DNA of 64,000 bases from a virus. Below, one piece after another: positions 10,083-20,413 of this stretch. Each line of letters opens with the position of its first letter. Position 1 is the stretch's first letter. Location: IMG/VR virus record IMGVR_UViG_3300036970_000245; one strand, written 5' to 3'. The notes below the pieces were generated by a model. That model ran no database searches and was not told the origin of the DNA. It saw only the letters and a list, made by a program, of their open reading frames with translations. A program made the position numbers and the translations under genes.

Positions 10083-10279
10083 CGAAATTCCCTTAATGTT
10101 CGGTTAACAAGTTGTAGTCACACTATCACACTACTTTCACTAATGCAAATAGTCCTGAAAGAGAACTACATCTGGACTGAAGATCCAGACACACCTCAGA
10201 CTTTACGATAAAGAAAACTAACTAAAGGGCCACACTTTAACAGCATGACCCTTTAATCTACGACCCGACCCGTTAAGCG

Positions 10280-10486
10280 TTACCGATTACTCAGGGGATC
10301 TTCAGCTGCGTCACAGACCCGACCCGCAAGGGTAGCCTGAGCAACAGAGCGCGTGTTAGCAGGCTTCTCGGAGTCCAGAACCCAGGAGCGTCCCTCAATG
10401 CGGTAAGTACGGACAGCGTAGGTTGCATCAGGATAACGTACAACAATCTGGTAAGTTAGAGCGGAAGAGGTAGAAGTGGTGCTCAT
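10280..10486 (-). CDS. Hypothetical protein
   Basis: Start reassigned to ATG 10486 (GAAGGA RBS); promoter upstream. Confidence 0.6.
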   Translation of the reverse strand: MSTTSTSSALTYQIVVRYPDATYAVRTYRIEGRSWVLDSEKPANTRSVAQATLAGRVCDAAEDPLSNR

Positions 10487-10545
10487 TGTTATCCTTCGGG
10501 TAAGCGCCGGCGCCAGATTTTGGAGCGTTGCTTTAATACAAGACC

Positions 10546-10574
10546 ACAATACTACATGAACACTGACTTGTCAA
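10546..10574 (-). promoter_or_regulatory. Sigma70/SigA-type promoter
   Basis: TTGACA-N17-TATTGT. Confidence 0.7.
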
Positions 10575-10638
10575 ATGCAAGCAACAATTAAAAGCGATCC
10601 CACTAGCACGTACTACCCTTACAGCCTAGTTTAAACCC

Positions 10639-11295
10639 TCAGTCCGAGGCGTCTAGAGCTTGTTCACGCTCTTCTGCAAGGAACCCACTCTCACCCACAC
10701 CACCGCGCATCACAGTCGCTACACGACTAGCACTAGAGAAAGAAGATCGAACACCAGCACTTGAAGCAGCATACGTGATACTCAAGCCAGCCTGGAAGCC
10801 GTATTGAGCGCCTGTTGCCACTGCATCAATGTTAGCACCCAAGAACATGAACTTCCAACCATCTTCAGTCTTGGCCTCGACCAGCCCCTTAAGGGCCTTA
10901 CTCGTGAACTCCCTGCTAGAGTTCTCGAACCCGTCAGTCAACGTGACAATGATGATTGACTCAGGCTTTTCATCCTCAGGGGCAGTCTCAACTTGCTCAT
11001 TGACTGTAGACACAAGTCTATAAAGGCTGTCAACCAAGGCAGTAGTACCTCGTGGTTGCAGTTTGTATTCCGGTACTTCGCTAACAGTAATGCTCTCGTA
11101 AACAGTCTCGTACTCGCTATCAAACTGAGCGAGGGTTACAAGAATCATCTCGTCGTTGGCCTGAGAATTCTTTTGTTCATCAAGAAAGCTCTTTAGCCCA
11201 CCCTCTGTATCATTCTTGATAGTCTCCATACTCCCGCTTCGGTCAACCAGAACAGCTATTACAGTTTTCTTTTTGGTCTCGGCCATTATTTTCAC
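10639..11295 (-). CDS. von Willebrand factor A domain protein
   Basis: MIDAS motif DRSGSM, GTTALVD, LTDGFENSS, FMFLGAN. Confidence 0.88.
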   Translation of the reverse strand: MKIMAETKKKTVIAVLVDRSGSMETIKNDTEGGLKSFLDEQKNSQANDEMILVTLAQFDSEYETVYESITVSEVPEYKLQPRGTTALVDSLYRLVSTVNEQVETAPEDEKPESIIIVTLTDGFENSSREFTSKALKGLVEAKTEDGWKFMFLGANIDAVATGAQYGFQAGLSITYAASSAGVRSSFSSASRVATVMRGGVGESGFLAEEREQALDASD

Positions 11296-11440
11296 CTTTA
11301 GTTACTAGGTAGTCAGAACTAGACTCCTGCCTTTATTGTACTAAACTTTAGAGCATTCTTTAACCTGCACCCAGTGGGAGCTCTAGATAGTTGTTTAAAC
11401 CTCGAAACCCCTTGTGTATTTCAAGAAAGGGTCGCAAGTC

Positions 11441-12391
11441 TCAAGAAAGAACGATGAACCTACCAGTCTTAATGCTGCCACCCCTAGCGTACTTTAATCG
11501 GTGATAACCGTCAAGTAGTTTGTATTTGCCACCCTCTTTAAGCACAATACCGACAACCTTAGAAGTGCCTTCAATCGGTGACTCAGGCTTCCTAGGCTCG
11601 ACTCCCTTGTAGTGTTCAGGGTTAGGAACCTCTATACTCGAAAGGTTAAGACGAGTACTTGTTACCTTTTTGACTTTCTTTAACTTCTCAAGTTCAATCC
11701 CAGCGTTCTCTTTCTTCAAGAACTCCTTGAACCCTCTTACAGGGTCTTTACCTCGAACATCAATACCTATACCGGCAAGGTAAGACCTAGGGATGTCATT
11801 ACGGTCAATAGCGTTCTTATCGAACCGGTCCCTTAATTCTTTATGTACCTTGGGAACGTTAGCGAACTCAATTCTGTACTCCTGCCCGTAATAACCGGCT
11901 TCACCAAAAACTTCATAACCGTCATGAGTATCAAGTTCGAGTTCTCGCCCTAAAGTTAAAAGGCTTTCCGGTAGTTCAGAGTGAGGAATTCCTGTAGCAT
12001 ATGAAAGAACGTTTTCCATGTTAGGTTTAACATCTGGGTCAATTCGGAGCCCTTCATAAACATTACACCTGCAATAATCATCCTCCGGGCATTCGCACTG
12101 ACCGCCCGGTGCACCATAGGAATCATAATCAACATCAAGATCAGCACCATAAGGATAAGCCCTAGCGCCATAACCCCAACCAGTACTTACAACGCCGCTT
12201 AAAGGAGCCGAGGCACCGGGGACCTTCTTCCTTACAGTGTTGACAGTTTTGCTGTTCATAGACTTCTCGAAGGCAGCTCGAGCTTCATCGGCAGACTCGT
12301 AGTGCTCCCCTTCACCACCGATGGGGCAAGGTTTTGTGTTTGCATAACAGCGATTAGGGTTACCCGTCGTGGGTGAAATATGCTACTTCAT
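11441..12391 (-). CDS. HCCH-leader protein with C-terminal ParB/Srx-like domain; in-frame TAG at codon 3
   Basis: In-frame extension of track ORF 11441..12259: ATG AAG TAG CAT ATT... = MK*HISPTTGNPNRCYANTKPCPIGGEGEHYESADEARAAFEK; C-terminal YKLLDGYHRL. Confidence 0.7.
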
Positions 12392-12553
12392 TATAGACCT
12401 CTCAGTATATTAACAGGATAACAAAAGTTTCTAACCAAGTCTTTCCCACTTTGATAAGTGTGCGACCAAGACTCACTAGGGTAAGCTCAGTAAAAATGTC
12501 AACACTTGTTGACTTTTACTCTCAATTCACCCTAGGGATCCCTTCGTCACAAG

Positions 12554-13924
12554 TCAAAAAGTAGGGTTATCCCAGCGAGAACTACCTGCGGGCGGGAGTT
12601 CACTAATCAACTTGGCTCTTGCTTCGGCTTCTTTCACCTCGGCTCGCAACTTTGCTTCCTTAAGAGCGTCAACAGTGCCTGTATGCAAGACTAACAGTGA
12701 GCCGATAACAAACCCGACGAGCCCTGACAAGCTTGCCGTTCCAGTCCAAAGAGTGGTTTCCCATAGAAGTCGTGAATCATTCTCTAGGAACTTGAAAACA
12801 GAAAACCACAAACCGAACCCAATAAGAGCGCCAGTAAACCCAGCCCCGAACTTACCTAAAGTAGGCCTTGCAAACAATAACAGACTTACTTCAGTCAAAA
12901 GCCCCGTTACCGCAAAGGCTGCCGCTACAGGCCAAGTCTCTTCACTGACCACAAAGAAGGAGGGGACTGCCAAGCTTGCAAAACCAACAAGTGTAACACC
13001 TGGGAACAGTTTAAACTTTGTGAAAATAAGCATGAAGCCCGCCACAACAAGTACTGTAGTCCATATTGTAATGCCAAGCCCTCTTACTTGATCGTAAATC
13101 ATAGGTGATTCACCCACAAGCGGTTCAATATAACCAGGTTGTAACTCCATTCCACCCACAAGAGGTGACAAGAAACCTGTGAAAAGCATGACTACAAGTA
13201 AAGTGATAGTTACTGAACAGACCGCAATTAGTGAGGGGACAAGTCCAAGCTTTCTTTGGTCCTGCTTCCACAAGATATAAACAGGCGACATCAACAAGCA
13301 AACAAGGCCAACAAGCACGAACAAGTGAGGCGGACTCACTAAAGCCTCAACGGAAACCTCAACGCCAAATCTAGTATGCCAAGCCCAGTCAGCCAGACCG
13401 CCCGCCGAGAGTATGAAAAACCCTAAAGTTGTTGGAAGCACTGCACCTATAAACTGTGGTCCCTTCCGGATCGCACCCAACCCAAGCCACAAACCTACTG
13501 CAATAACACCACCATAAAGTACAAGATGCCAACCAGCAAGAAAGCCTTCGTCAATGCTTCCGGGGTCAAGTAAATGTCTGCTTATGTCTCCAGTAAGCCC
13601 GACAGTGCTTACAAGATTGCAGATAATCAAAACAATCATTTCAAAGCTTGAAACAAAAGTGTCATTATCTTTAGGGAAGTAATAGTCTTGTTTTTCTTTG
13701 AACAGTTTAACTAGTTGTTTCACAGTGAGGCTTTTCTTGTAGCACAAAGGGAATGATAATTTTTTTGTGGGACTGTACATCTTACCCATAAGACTTCTAA
13801 GAACTGCAGCAAGTACCCCTTGCCTACCCTTGCCACATTCCTTTAAAGGTGAGGCAGGGCTGGTATAACCCTTTAGGTTTAAGGTTAACCGAGAGGTTTC
13901 TGCAGGCAGCCCCCTTGACCCCAT
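12554..13924 (-). CDS. Polytopic membrane protein
   Basis: About 10 TM segments, DWAWH...EALVSPPH motif; true start probably downstream of 13924. Confidence 0.75.
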   Translation of the reverse strand: MGSRGLPAETSRLTLNLKGYTSPASPLKECGKGRQGVLAAVLRSLMGKMYSPTKKLSFPLCYKKSLTVKQLVKLFKEKQDYYFPKDNDTFVSSFEMIVLIICNLVSTVGLTGDISRHLLDPGSIDEGFLAGWHLVLYGGVIAVGLWLGLGAIRKGPQFIGAVLPTTLGFFILSAGGLADWAWHTRFGVEVSVEALVSPPHLFVLVGLVCLLMSPVYILWKQDQRKLGLVPSLIAVCSVTITLLVVMLFTGFLSPLVGGMELQPGYIEPLVGESPMIYDQVRGLGITIWTTVLVVAGFMLIFTKFKLFPGVTLVGFASLAVPSFFVVSEETWPVAAAFAVTGLLTEVSLLLFARPTLGKFGAGFTGALIGFGLWFSVFKFLENDSRLLWETTLWTGTASLSGLVGFVIGSLLVLHTGTVDALKEAKLRAEVKEAEARAKLISELPPAGSSRWDNPTF

Positions 13925-14000
13925 TCAGCAGTCCCTTGACCCCCATTCAGGGAACTCGAACGAGGGCAGACCCGTCATTGTACTTTCTTCACTCAAGTAC

Positions 14001-14798
14001 TCAAGGGGTTCCAACCCCGTCACTCACGATCACTTTTCGGAAGATTCGTGTCATCGCTTGAAGATTCAAAGAGGCTTTACCAAACTCTTTCTTCCTTGCA
14101 TAATTAGAAGCATTCAAAGCAATCCGAAGAAAAGACATTGTGGTCAAGTCGTATTCATCAAGTTCAAACTCTCGAGCAATAAGCTCAAGAAACTCATAAC
14201 CGTAATCGCAATAAGCAATAATACGACCGACATAAAAAGATAGGTCAACCAACAAAGGTTGATACTGCACTGACGGATCAATGAAAACCACCTTGTCTCC
14301 ATCAAACATAATGTTCTCATGCCAAAGATCACCATGACACAATACCCGAGGACCAAAATCAACAGGCATTACCCGGTCTTGCATAAACCTTACAATCAAA
14401 GGATGGAACGGCTCGTAAAACCCTGGACCATTAGAGTAAAACGGGTCTTCCTGAAGAACAAAGTCGCTCACTTGATCCCCGTAAGAAGCAATTGATTCCA
14501 CGGCATCCTTAAAAAGAGCCAAATGCTCTACAGGCTTAAAACCCTTGTCATCAACTTTCTCTAAAAGCAAAGTCCCAGTATCAAAATCACCGGCACACAA
14601 GTTAACAACATGAGGGTTTTCATAAAGATTTTCTAGTGCAATAATTTCTTTTTCAGCAATGTCAAGCCACTTATGCTCTTTGACAACAACAGTACCGTCA
14701 GTATAGCAAGTTGACATACCGCCATACGCAAGAAAAAAGAACTGGGCGGGATCATAACCCCATTGAGACAAAAGCCTTGAAGTAGCTTCTTCCATCAC
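14001..14798 (-). CDS. Aminoglycoside phosphotransferase / choline kinase-like protein
   Basis: VVVK, Brenner motif HGDLWHENIM, VFID. Confidence 0.8.
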   Translation of the reverse strand: MMEEATSRLLSQWGYDPAQFFFLAYGGMSTCYTDGTVVVKEHKWLDIAEKEIIALENLYENPHVVNLCAGDFDTGTLLLEKVDDKGFKPVEHLALFKDAVESIASYGDQVSDFVLQEDPFYSNGPGFYEPFHPLIVRFMQDRVMPVDFGPRVLCHGDLWHENIMFDGDKVVFIDPSVQYQPLLVDLSFYVGRIIAYCDYGYEFLELIAREFELDEYDLTTMSFLRIALNASNYARKKEFGKASLNLQAMTRIFRKVIVSDGVGTP

Positions 14799-15092
14799 TT
14801 ATCCAAACTCATAGGTTCACAATTCCTAGGTGGTTACCACTGAACGAATATAACAATCCTACCACATCAGTACAAAAATGACTGCCAATAACTCTAGAAA
14901 ACAACAATCATGAAATACCCAATAATACCAACCACCATCAACAAGTAAATAGTAACAGTACCAACAGGACTACCATTCTTGAAAAAAGTATTGTCTTCCA
15001 TCATAAGGCCCTTAGGGACTTTAACTGGACCGAGATCTGTACCGAACTGCGTTAGTCCGCCCACCTTAAATAACAAGGATGACCGTTTAAAC

Positions 15093-15602
15093 TCAATTCA
15101 GTTTAAACTGGGAAGTATCAAGTGTCATCTTATGACCAGCAAAATAGAGATCATTAGGGTTATCCATTACCTTGAACCCGAACTTGTCATAAAACTCTAC
15201 CAACCCTTTTCGATAAGGTGAAGTCTTAAGATTGATAAAAGAACAACCCGGCGAAAGTGAGGTAATCACCTTCTTCAAAAGGGCGCTACCGATACCATTG
15301 TTCTCGTAATCAGGCAATACTGCAAGAGTCTCAATAACACAAGCACCATCAACTGTGAACTCAACAAGTACATAACCAATAATCACATTATCAACAACGG
15401 CAACAAGAGAGTGACCAGAACTTGTGCTAAGAATCTTACGAAGTTCCCCAAGTGAGGTACACCAAGGAAAGCACTTCTTTTCGACACGGCGGACTGCAGG
15501 CAAATCCTGCTCCTTCATTTCCCGGGTGGTGGCCGCAAGCGTCATGAATACCACTATATCACGACCGAGATACGAACGCAACCCTCCCTTACCCCACGAC
15601 AA
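15093..15602 (-). CDS. GNAT acetyltransferase (RimI-like)
   Basis: LAVLPDYENNGIGSALL acetyl-CoA motif; FYDKFGF. Confidence 0.85.
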   Translation of the reverse strand: MSWGKGGLRSYLGRDIVVFMTLAATTREMKEQDLPAVRRVEKKCFPWCTSLGELRKILSTSSGHSLVAVVDNVIIGYVLVEFTVDGACVIETLAVLPDYENNGIGSALLKKVITSLSPGCSFINLKTSPYRKGLVEFYDKFGFKVMDNPNDLYFAGHKMTLDTSQFKLN

Positions 15603-15777
15603 GTAAATTTAGCACGCTCTCACGCTGGAGACAGTTATCTCCCAACGAGGTATAGGGGGGTACGACCATATTCTTGTAAGCAACTTAGTCCCTGCTCTAA
15701 GTCGTTAACATCAAATTCTTGACGTACCTTACAGTAGCTAGGGTTTCTTTGAAAGTTTTACTAAAATGACAGCTTTT

Positions 15778-15816
15778 GTCAGCTACAGTCGTTACTCCAG
15801 CGATAGTTTAGCTGAC
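15778..15816. repeat. Palindromic site GTCAGCT-N25-AGCTGAC
   Basis: Exact arms, 25-nt spacer, intergenic. Confidence 0.6.
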
Positions 15817-16051
15817 GATTATAGTTACTGTTTAGACTTTAGGGTAAAGCCTAAGTTTTACGGCACTTTCCACAAGTTTTTGGGCAGTTAACTCAAGAGT
15901 GAACTAAGTTAGGCGGTCAGTTGAGTGGACTGTAAATGGCGACCCTGGTTGAAGGGTCGCCGTATAAGGGCAGTGAAATAGTGAGGGCCACTTGTGACCC
16001 CAGTAGGGAGTGGTTACAAGCCAATGTCTGGGTCTTCAGCCCAGATGTAGT

Positions 16052-16180
16052 TCACTTGTGGCCCAACGCCCAAGCCAAGTCTTCCCGGGCTTCCAGTTCT
16101 TCAGCCCATTCCTCAGGGGTCATGCCCCAAGGCACCTCGGTGCTGTCGTTCACCGTTGCATTGGTTTCGTTCGTGGTCAT
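16052..16180 (-). CDS. Acidic micro-protein A (42 aa), leaderless
   Basis: MTTNETNATVNDSTEVPWGMTPEEWAEELEAREDLAWALGHK; ATG 7 nt after the TATAGT -10 box; paralog at 18293..18424. Confidence 0.8.
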   Translation of the reverse strand: MTTNETNATVNDSTEVPWGMTPEEWAEELEAREDLAWALGHK

Positions 16181-16187
16181 AAGAAAA

Positions 16188-16216
16188 ACTATACCACATA
16201 CAGCTCTGCTTGTCAA
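16188..16216 (-). promoter_or_regulatory. Sigma70/SigA-type promoter (leaderless)
   Basis: TTGACA-N17-TATAGT with extended TG. Confidence 0.75.
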
Positions 16217-16308
16217 CTAGAATCCTCGGACCAACAGTGATACCTAGGTGTCTTAGCATTTATGACACACAAAATCACTCACTCACTGCAACTAACAGTA
16301 AGCCAGGA

Positions 16309-16674
16309 CTAACAAGTAACAGTATCGACCCTTTTAGCCTCAACAATACGATCATTACCTACAGACTTACTGTACTTGATCTCGTACTCTGAACAAGTGT
16401 GCAAACGAGCCCACTCTGACGCACCAAAAAGACCAGTATCAACAGTCCACTCTTTCCCAGTAGTATCCTTAACAGTATAGGTACAACTACCACCCCTCCC
16501 ACCACAATGCGAATCTTTACTTTCAATAACAATCACTGTCTCACTCTTATCACTCCGCAAAACAAGCTCAAGAACAGTAAGACTGATAATCCCGACCCAA
16601 GAGACTAAAAGCCCCACTGTTAAAATCTTGAGCCCAAGAGTCATTTTCTTGAAATTAGAATAAAAATTACGCAT
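16309..16674 (-). CDS. Membrane-anchored small protein
   Basis: One N-terminal TM segment and Cys pairs; TATAAT 5 nt before the ATG. Confidence 0.7.
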   Translation of the reverse strand: MRNFYSNFKKMTLGLKILTVGLLVSWVGIISLTVLELVLRSDKSETVIVIESKDSHCGGRGGSCTYTVKDTTGKEWTVDTGLFGASEWARLHTCSEYEIKYSKSVGNDRIVEAKRVDTVTC

Positions 16675-17115
16675 AAAAGATTATACCTACTGCAAAATTA
16701 AAGACTCTTGAGAGTCCAGCCCACGGTCCGCTACTGTTAAAGATTTACTCTAAAACACGGCTGAACAGTTTCTAACGCTCAAAGTGAACAACTCATCAAT
16801 CAAACACACTACTTACCGGGAGACTGTCAAAAACCATTGTTAGAGCCTCAAATAGCCACTAACCACGGCACGCACCCCGAGTATAACCGCCAGTCAACGA
16901 AGTAGGTCAAAGGGAAGTAGGTCAAAGGAAACCAAGCCAATTACTGCACCGCAAAAGTCTCCAGCGAGAAAACCTGCAAGAAAATACTTACTAAGGCACT
17001 CGAAACTTCTTAAAATAAGAGTCCCGTACTGTTCCCTTATTCTAAAACTAGAAAAGGGAGACTAAAAAGGGTTGACAGTTGACCCAAAGTCACTGCCAAC
17101 CCTTAAAGTACTAAC

Positions 17116-17361
17116 TTAACTGTTCACACAGGGGAAGATTCGGAAGTCCGAGTGCTGCCAGTACTGTTCCTGGTACTCGTACTCAGCAACCTCCTCGTTA
17201 ACGAAGTCCACCGCAGTTTCACCCTCACCAAGTTCATGGAAAGTGACGCACGCCCAGGGGTGCAGTCGCTTGAGATGAGCACAACCAGCCCTGTGGATCT
17301 CGAACTCATGATCCTTTTGGTTACCAGTGACATAGGCGATGGCGTTTGCGTTGTTCATCAT
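17116..17361 (-). CDS. Hypothetical protein, leaderless
   Basis: Start reassigned to ATG 17361, 7 nt after TTGCAT-N17-TAGTGT (17369-17397); EIHRAGCAHL motif. Confidence 0.7.
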   Translation of the reverse strand: MMNNANAIAYVTGNQKDHEFEIHRAGCAHLKRLHPWACVTFHELGEGETAVDFVNEEVAEYEYQEQYWQHSDFRIFPCVNS

Positions 17362-17507
17362 GAAGACCACACTACCATACTCTCTTCCACAATGCAACCC
17401 AAAACAGAAAAATCTTCCTGAACCAGACTACTGTTAAAACACAACGAGGTTAAATACAACGCTCGATGCTACTCACAGCGCTACAACCCAAAACTTCGCA
17501 CTGAGTT

Positions 17508-17867
17508 TCACTCAACCGTGTCAGCCTTCCGACCATTACAAGGCTCGCACATAGTCTGATAATTCTCAAGACAATTAGGCCCACCCAAAGACTTCGGGAA
17601 AATATGATCCTTTGTCATCAAAACCTCTCTACCCTGTGAAACAGCGTAAAGGTTCAAATGAGGCGGCTCATCACGAAAAGACTCTAAAGCAAAAAACTCG
17701 CCCCTTACCCCACAAGTCACGCACTCCACACCCTTCGACTTAAACAAAACAAGGCGATCGCTACGAGCTTTAAACTTTACCCCACCAGAAAGAACACCAT
17801 ACTTGCCATTAGTACTGTCCATCTTTTCAAAGACTTCCGTAACCGTGAAAACAGAGTACCGATTCAT
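17508..17867 (-). CDS. HNH endonuclease
   Basis: CVTC...MTKDHIFPKSLGG...NYQTMCEPCNGRK; ATG 6 nt after TTGACT-N17-TATCAT (17874-17902). Confidence 0.85.
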   Translation of the reverse strand: MNRYSVFTVTEVFEKMDSTNGKYGVLSGGVKFKARSDRLVLFKSKGVECVTCGVRGEFFALESFRDEPPHLNLYAVSQGREVLMTKDHIFPKSLGGPNCLENYQTMCEPCNGRKADTVE

Positions 17868-18292
17868 AAAATGATGATACACCACCAAGTGGTTCCAGTC
17901 AACCACTAACGAGGACTTTCAGAACCATTTCAGCACCAAAGTCCCCGTCCAGTCTAGAGAGTCTAGAGCCGAACAACTCTACACCAGTGCCTTTACAAGT
18001 CAAAATAGGTATTGCCGGCGGCGACCCATAAACATCATACTTTAATACATGAATGACAGCTGTAAAGACCAGCTTACTGCTCAATCCAGAAAGCTGACCG
18101 CAAAGGACCCAAACAAAAGCACACGACACTTAAAAGAAACAAAAAGTGATGAATACAAGATAAGAGCCACGAAACTCGATTTTACGCTCAAATCACTGTA
18201 CTCATCACTAAACCAAGGGGAACAACCTGCCAGCTTGACCCAGCTACACTTGGACCAAATCAAAAATACTGGCAACACACCGCCAATAATTC

Positions 18293-18424
18293 TTACTTAA
18301 TGCCGAGCGCCCAGGCCAAATCCTCACGAGCCTCAAGCTCTTCCGCCCACTCCTCACTCGTCATCCCCCAAGGGACGTCCTCAAGGGATTCGGTGCCCGC
18401 AAAGTCTTCGTTCATCGAGGTCAT
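18293..18424 (-). CDS. Acidic micro-protein B (43 aa), leaderless
   Basis: MTSMNEDFAGTESLEDVPWGMTSEEWAEELEAREDLAWALGIK; ATG 7 nt after TATAGT of TTGACA-N18-TATAGT (18432-18461). Confidence 0.8.
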   Translation of the reverse strand: MTSMNEDFAGTESLEDVPWGMTSEEWAEELEAREDLAWALGIK

Positions 18425-19025
18425 AGATACAACTATACACTACCAAGGCCACCTCTGTCAACAACTACAGGCAAAAATACCTGAACCCATGAAAACTGCT
18501 AAACAGGAAACTTATAGTACATGAAAGTAAGCTCTAGCGCAACTTCACCCTCACTCAGCGACTCGCCATTCATCTGTAAAAACAAAGGATTCAACTTCTC
18601 GCTGGTACAGATCCTCCGGACGGTCACGAGTGTCATAACGAGCAAGACTCTCACTATAGGCAGCGTAAGTCCCGCTTGGAGTAGTACAGGCTGTTTGGAT
18701 ATCATCATTCTGCCGCCCAGGCCCACCTCGAACTCCCCACACAACACTCTTACTGTGATGAGTTGGATTTGAGAGAGCCCGAGAAAGTTCACTCAAAGGA
18801 ACCCGGATAGTATAAGGACCTGCCATACTGTTAAACTCAATGAGAGCCTGCTCACTATCATTTCGACAAATGCGGACCTTCAAAGAAACCTCTTGCCCTT
18901 CTTGAAATTCAGTCATCAGTCATCCTAACTAGTTGGGTTTTCGTTCATCAAGGTCATAGATACCACTATACACCACCAGGAGCCACTGTCAACAACTACA
19001 GACAAAAACACCTGAACCCATGAAA
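18407..19025. repeat. Imperfect ~87-bp direct repeats (18407-18494, 18940-19025) carrying promoter plus first codons
   Basis: TTCGTTCATC(G/A)AGGTCATAGATAC...CTGTCAACAACTACAG...CCTGAACCCATGAAA in both copies; they flank ORF 18551..18916. Confidence 0.85.
18551..18916 (-). CDS. Hypothetical protein
   Basis: 121 aa, downstream of the repeated promoter and a 10-aa uORF (18925..18957, MTLMNENPTS). Confidence 0.7.
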   Translation of the reverse strand: MTEFQEGQEVSLKVRICRNDSEQALIEFNSMAGPYTIRVPLSELSRALSNPTHHSKSVVWGVRGGPGRQNDDIQTACTTPSGTYAAYSESLARYDTRDRPEDLYQREVESFVFTDEWRVAE

Positions 19026-19343
19026 CAAGCTCGACAGGTCTTAAAAACATACCTAAAGATCTTAAGAGCCTGTCCACAAACCCTACCACTCTTTGAAACA
19101 TGCTAAACAGTGGACTCTGTTACACAATGATTCCCCCCTAGCCTGCCTGTCCCAGTACGGCCGTCCCCGTCCCAGTACGTTGTCCAAACAGTAACCAGCG
19201 GTACAGTTACAAATAGCAACCCGATTCCATAGAGTGAGCTTGCCCTGGACTGAATTATCAGGGTCTTCAGCCCAGATCCTTTCACAGACTTTACTGTAAG
19301 ACTCTGCAGTGCAAAGCTGTAGACACCATTTTAGCGCAAAGAT

Positions 19344-20018
19344 TTAGCGCAAAGGGAACCCCTTGAAGTCTTTCCCATTTATTGATGCTCTTTTAGCTTC
19401 TTTGATCCGATCACGAGCATCCTTGAAATTCGGTAGATCATGGAAACAAACTCCAGTTTTAGGTTGGCCAGTTTTATTCCAGACACCACTTGTTCTAGGT
19501 TGCGAGTCAGCAGCAGCGTCATAGAAGTTAAGCGTCCCACACCCAAACACCCGATCAAGGACCCCACGTTCTTCACTAATGCTTGCTATATGAGTTAAGC
19601 GTATTTCACGAGACTGTTTATAAAGCACTCCCCACTCAGTCCGCACACTTGTCTCAGTAACAACATACTTCTCGCAACGCCACTTAAAAATAGGGACTAC
19701 CACCCAGAACACATTTGCAAAAAGAACAAGCAAATGAAGCACAATCACCCAAGGCCAATCACTAGGGTAGTACTTGTCAATAAAATAATGCAAAGCAAGC
19801 AAGCCTATACTGATAGGCAGAAGCGGGAACAGCGCCTTCACATGCCGCCTGCTCATAAAAGTAGGAGAGAACTCTCGCTCTGTAATAAAATCTTGGGTCG
19901 CCATACCCGATGACTCACCCTGACTTACTGCACCAGGCTCTGGATCACCAGACCGCATGTCACTAAGCCGGTCTACTGTACCGTCAATAACTCTACGTTC
20001 TTTCTTAAAGCTTGGCAC
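19344..20018 (-). CDS. Bacterial PH-domain (bPH_2) membrane protein
   Basis: Two TM segments, then YVVT...EWGVL...EI.L.HI..I..ERGVLDRVFGCGTL. Confidence 0.8.
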   Translation of the reverse strand: MPSFKKERRVIDGTVDRLSDMRSGDPEPGAVSQGESSGMATQDFITEREFSPTFMSRRHVKALFPLLPISIGLLALHYFIDKYYPSDWPWVIVLHLLVLFANVFWVVVPIFKWRCEKYVVTETSVRTEWGVLYKQSREIRLTHIASISEERGVLDRVFGCGTLNFYDAAADSQPRTSGVWNKTGQPKTGVCFHDLPNFKDARDRIKEAKRASINGKDFKGFPLR

Positions 20019-20413
20019 ACCGCAATCTATCTTTCAAATACAGTCAAGTAACAACCCTAATATCAAATCAACCCACCCACTCTATGACTCAATGGAGTGC
20101 AAGGGAGTGCAAGAGGGCAGACCTGAAAGAAGAAGAAAGATATGAAGAAGAAGACCGCGGTATGCAACGCACGAACACTTGCCCTGAAGAATGCACGAAC
20201 ACTTGCACTGAGGATCTCAAGACAATTGCCAGTCAAGCCAGTGCGAACAAAGAGTCAAGCCAGGCCCAATCGCAAAAGTACCATGAACAATAACCGCTAA
20301 CAAACTGCTAACAAACCACCATGACCGCCAACAAACCGTTAACAAGAAACTTCGAACAAAGGGTAAAAGCAAGCCCACTTACTACTAAAAGCTACCCACT
20401 TACTACTAGGTCA

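Noticed and set aside
12383..12385. Genome-wide TAG recoding
   Set aside because: The topoisomerase, tadB, nrdJ and other genes end at TAG at natural C-termini, and long genes have no internal TAG.
15936..18524. Similar + strand ORFs sharing AQAKSSRASSSSAHSS (15936..16220, 18300..18524)
   Set aside because: The similarity is the antisense shadow of the two real minus-strand micro-proteins.
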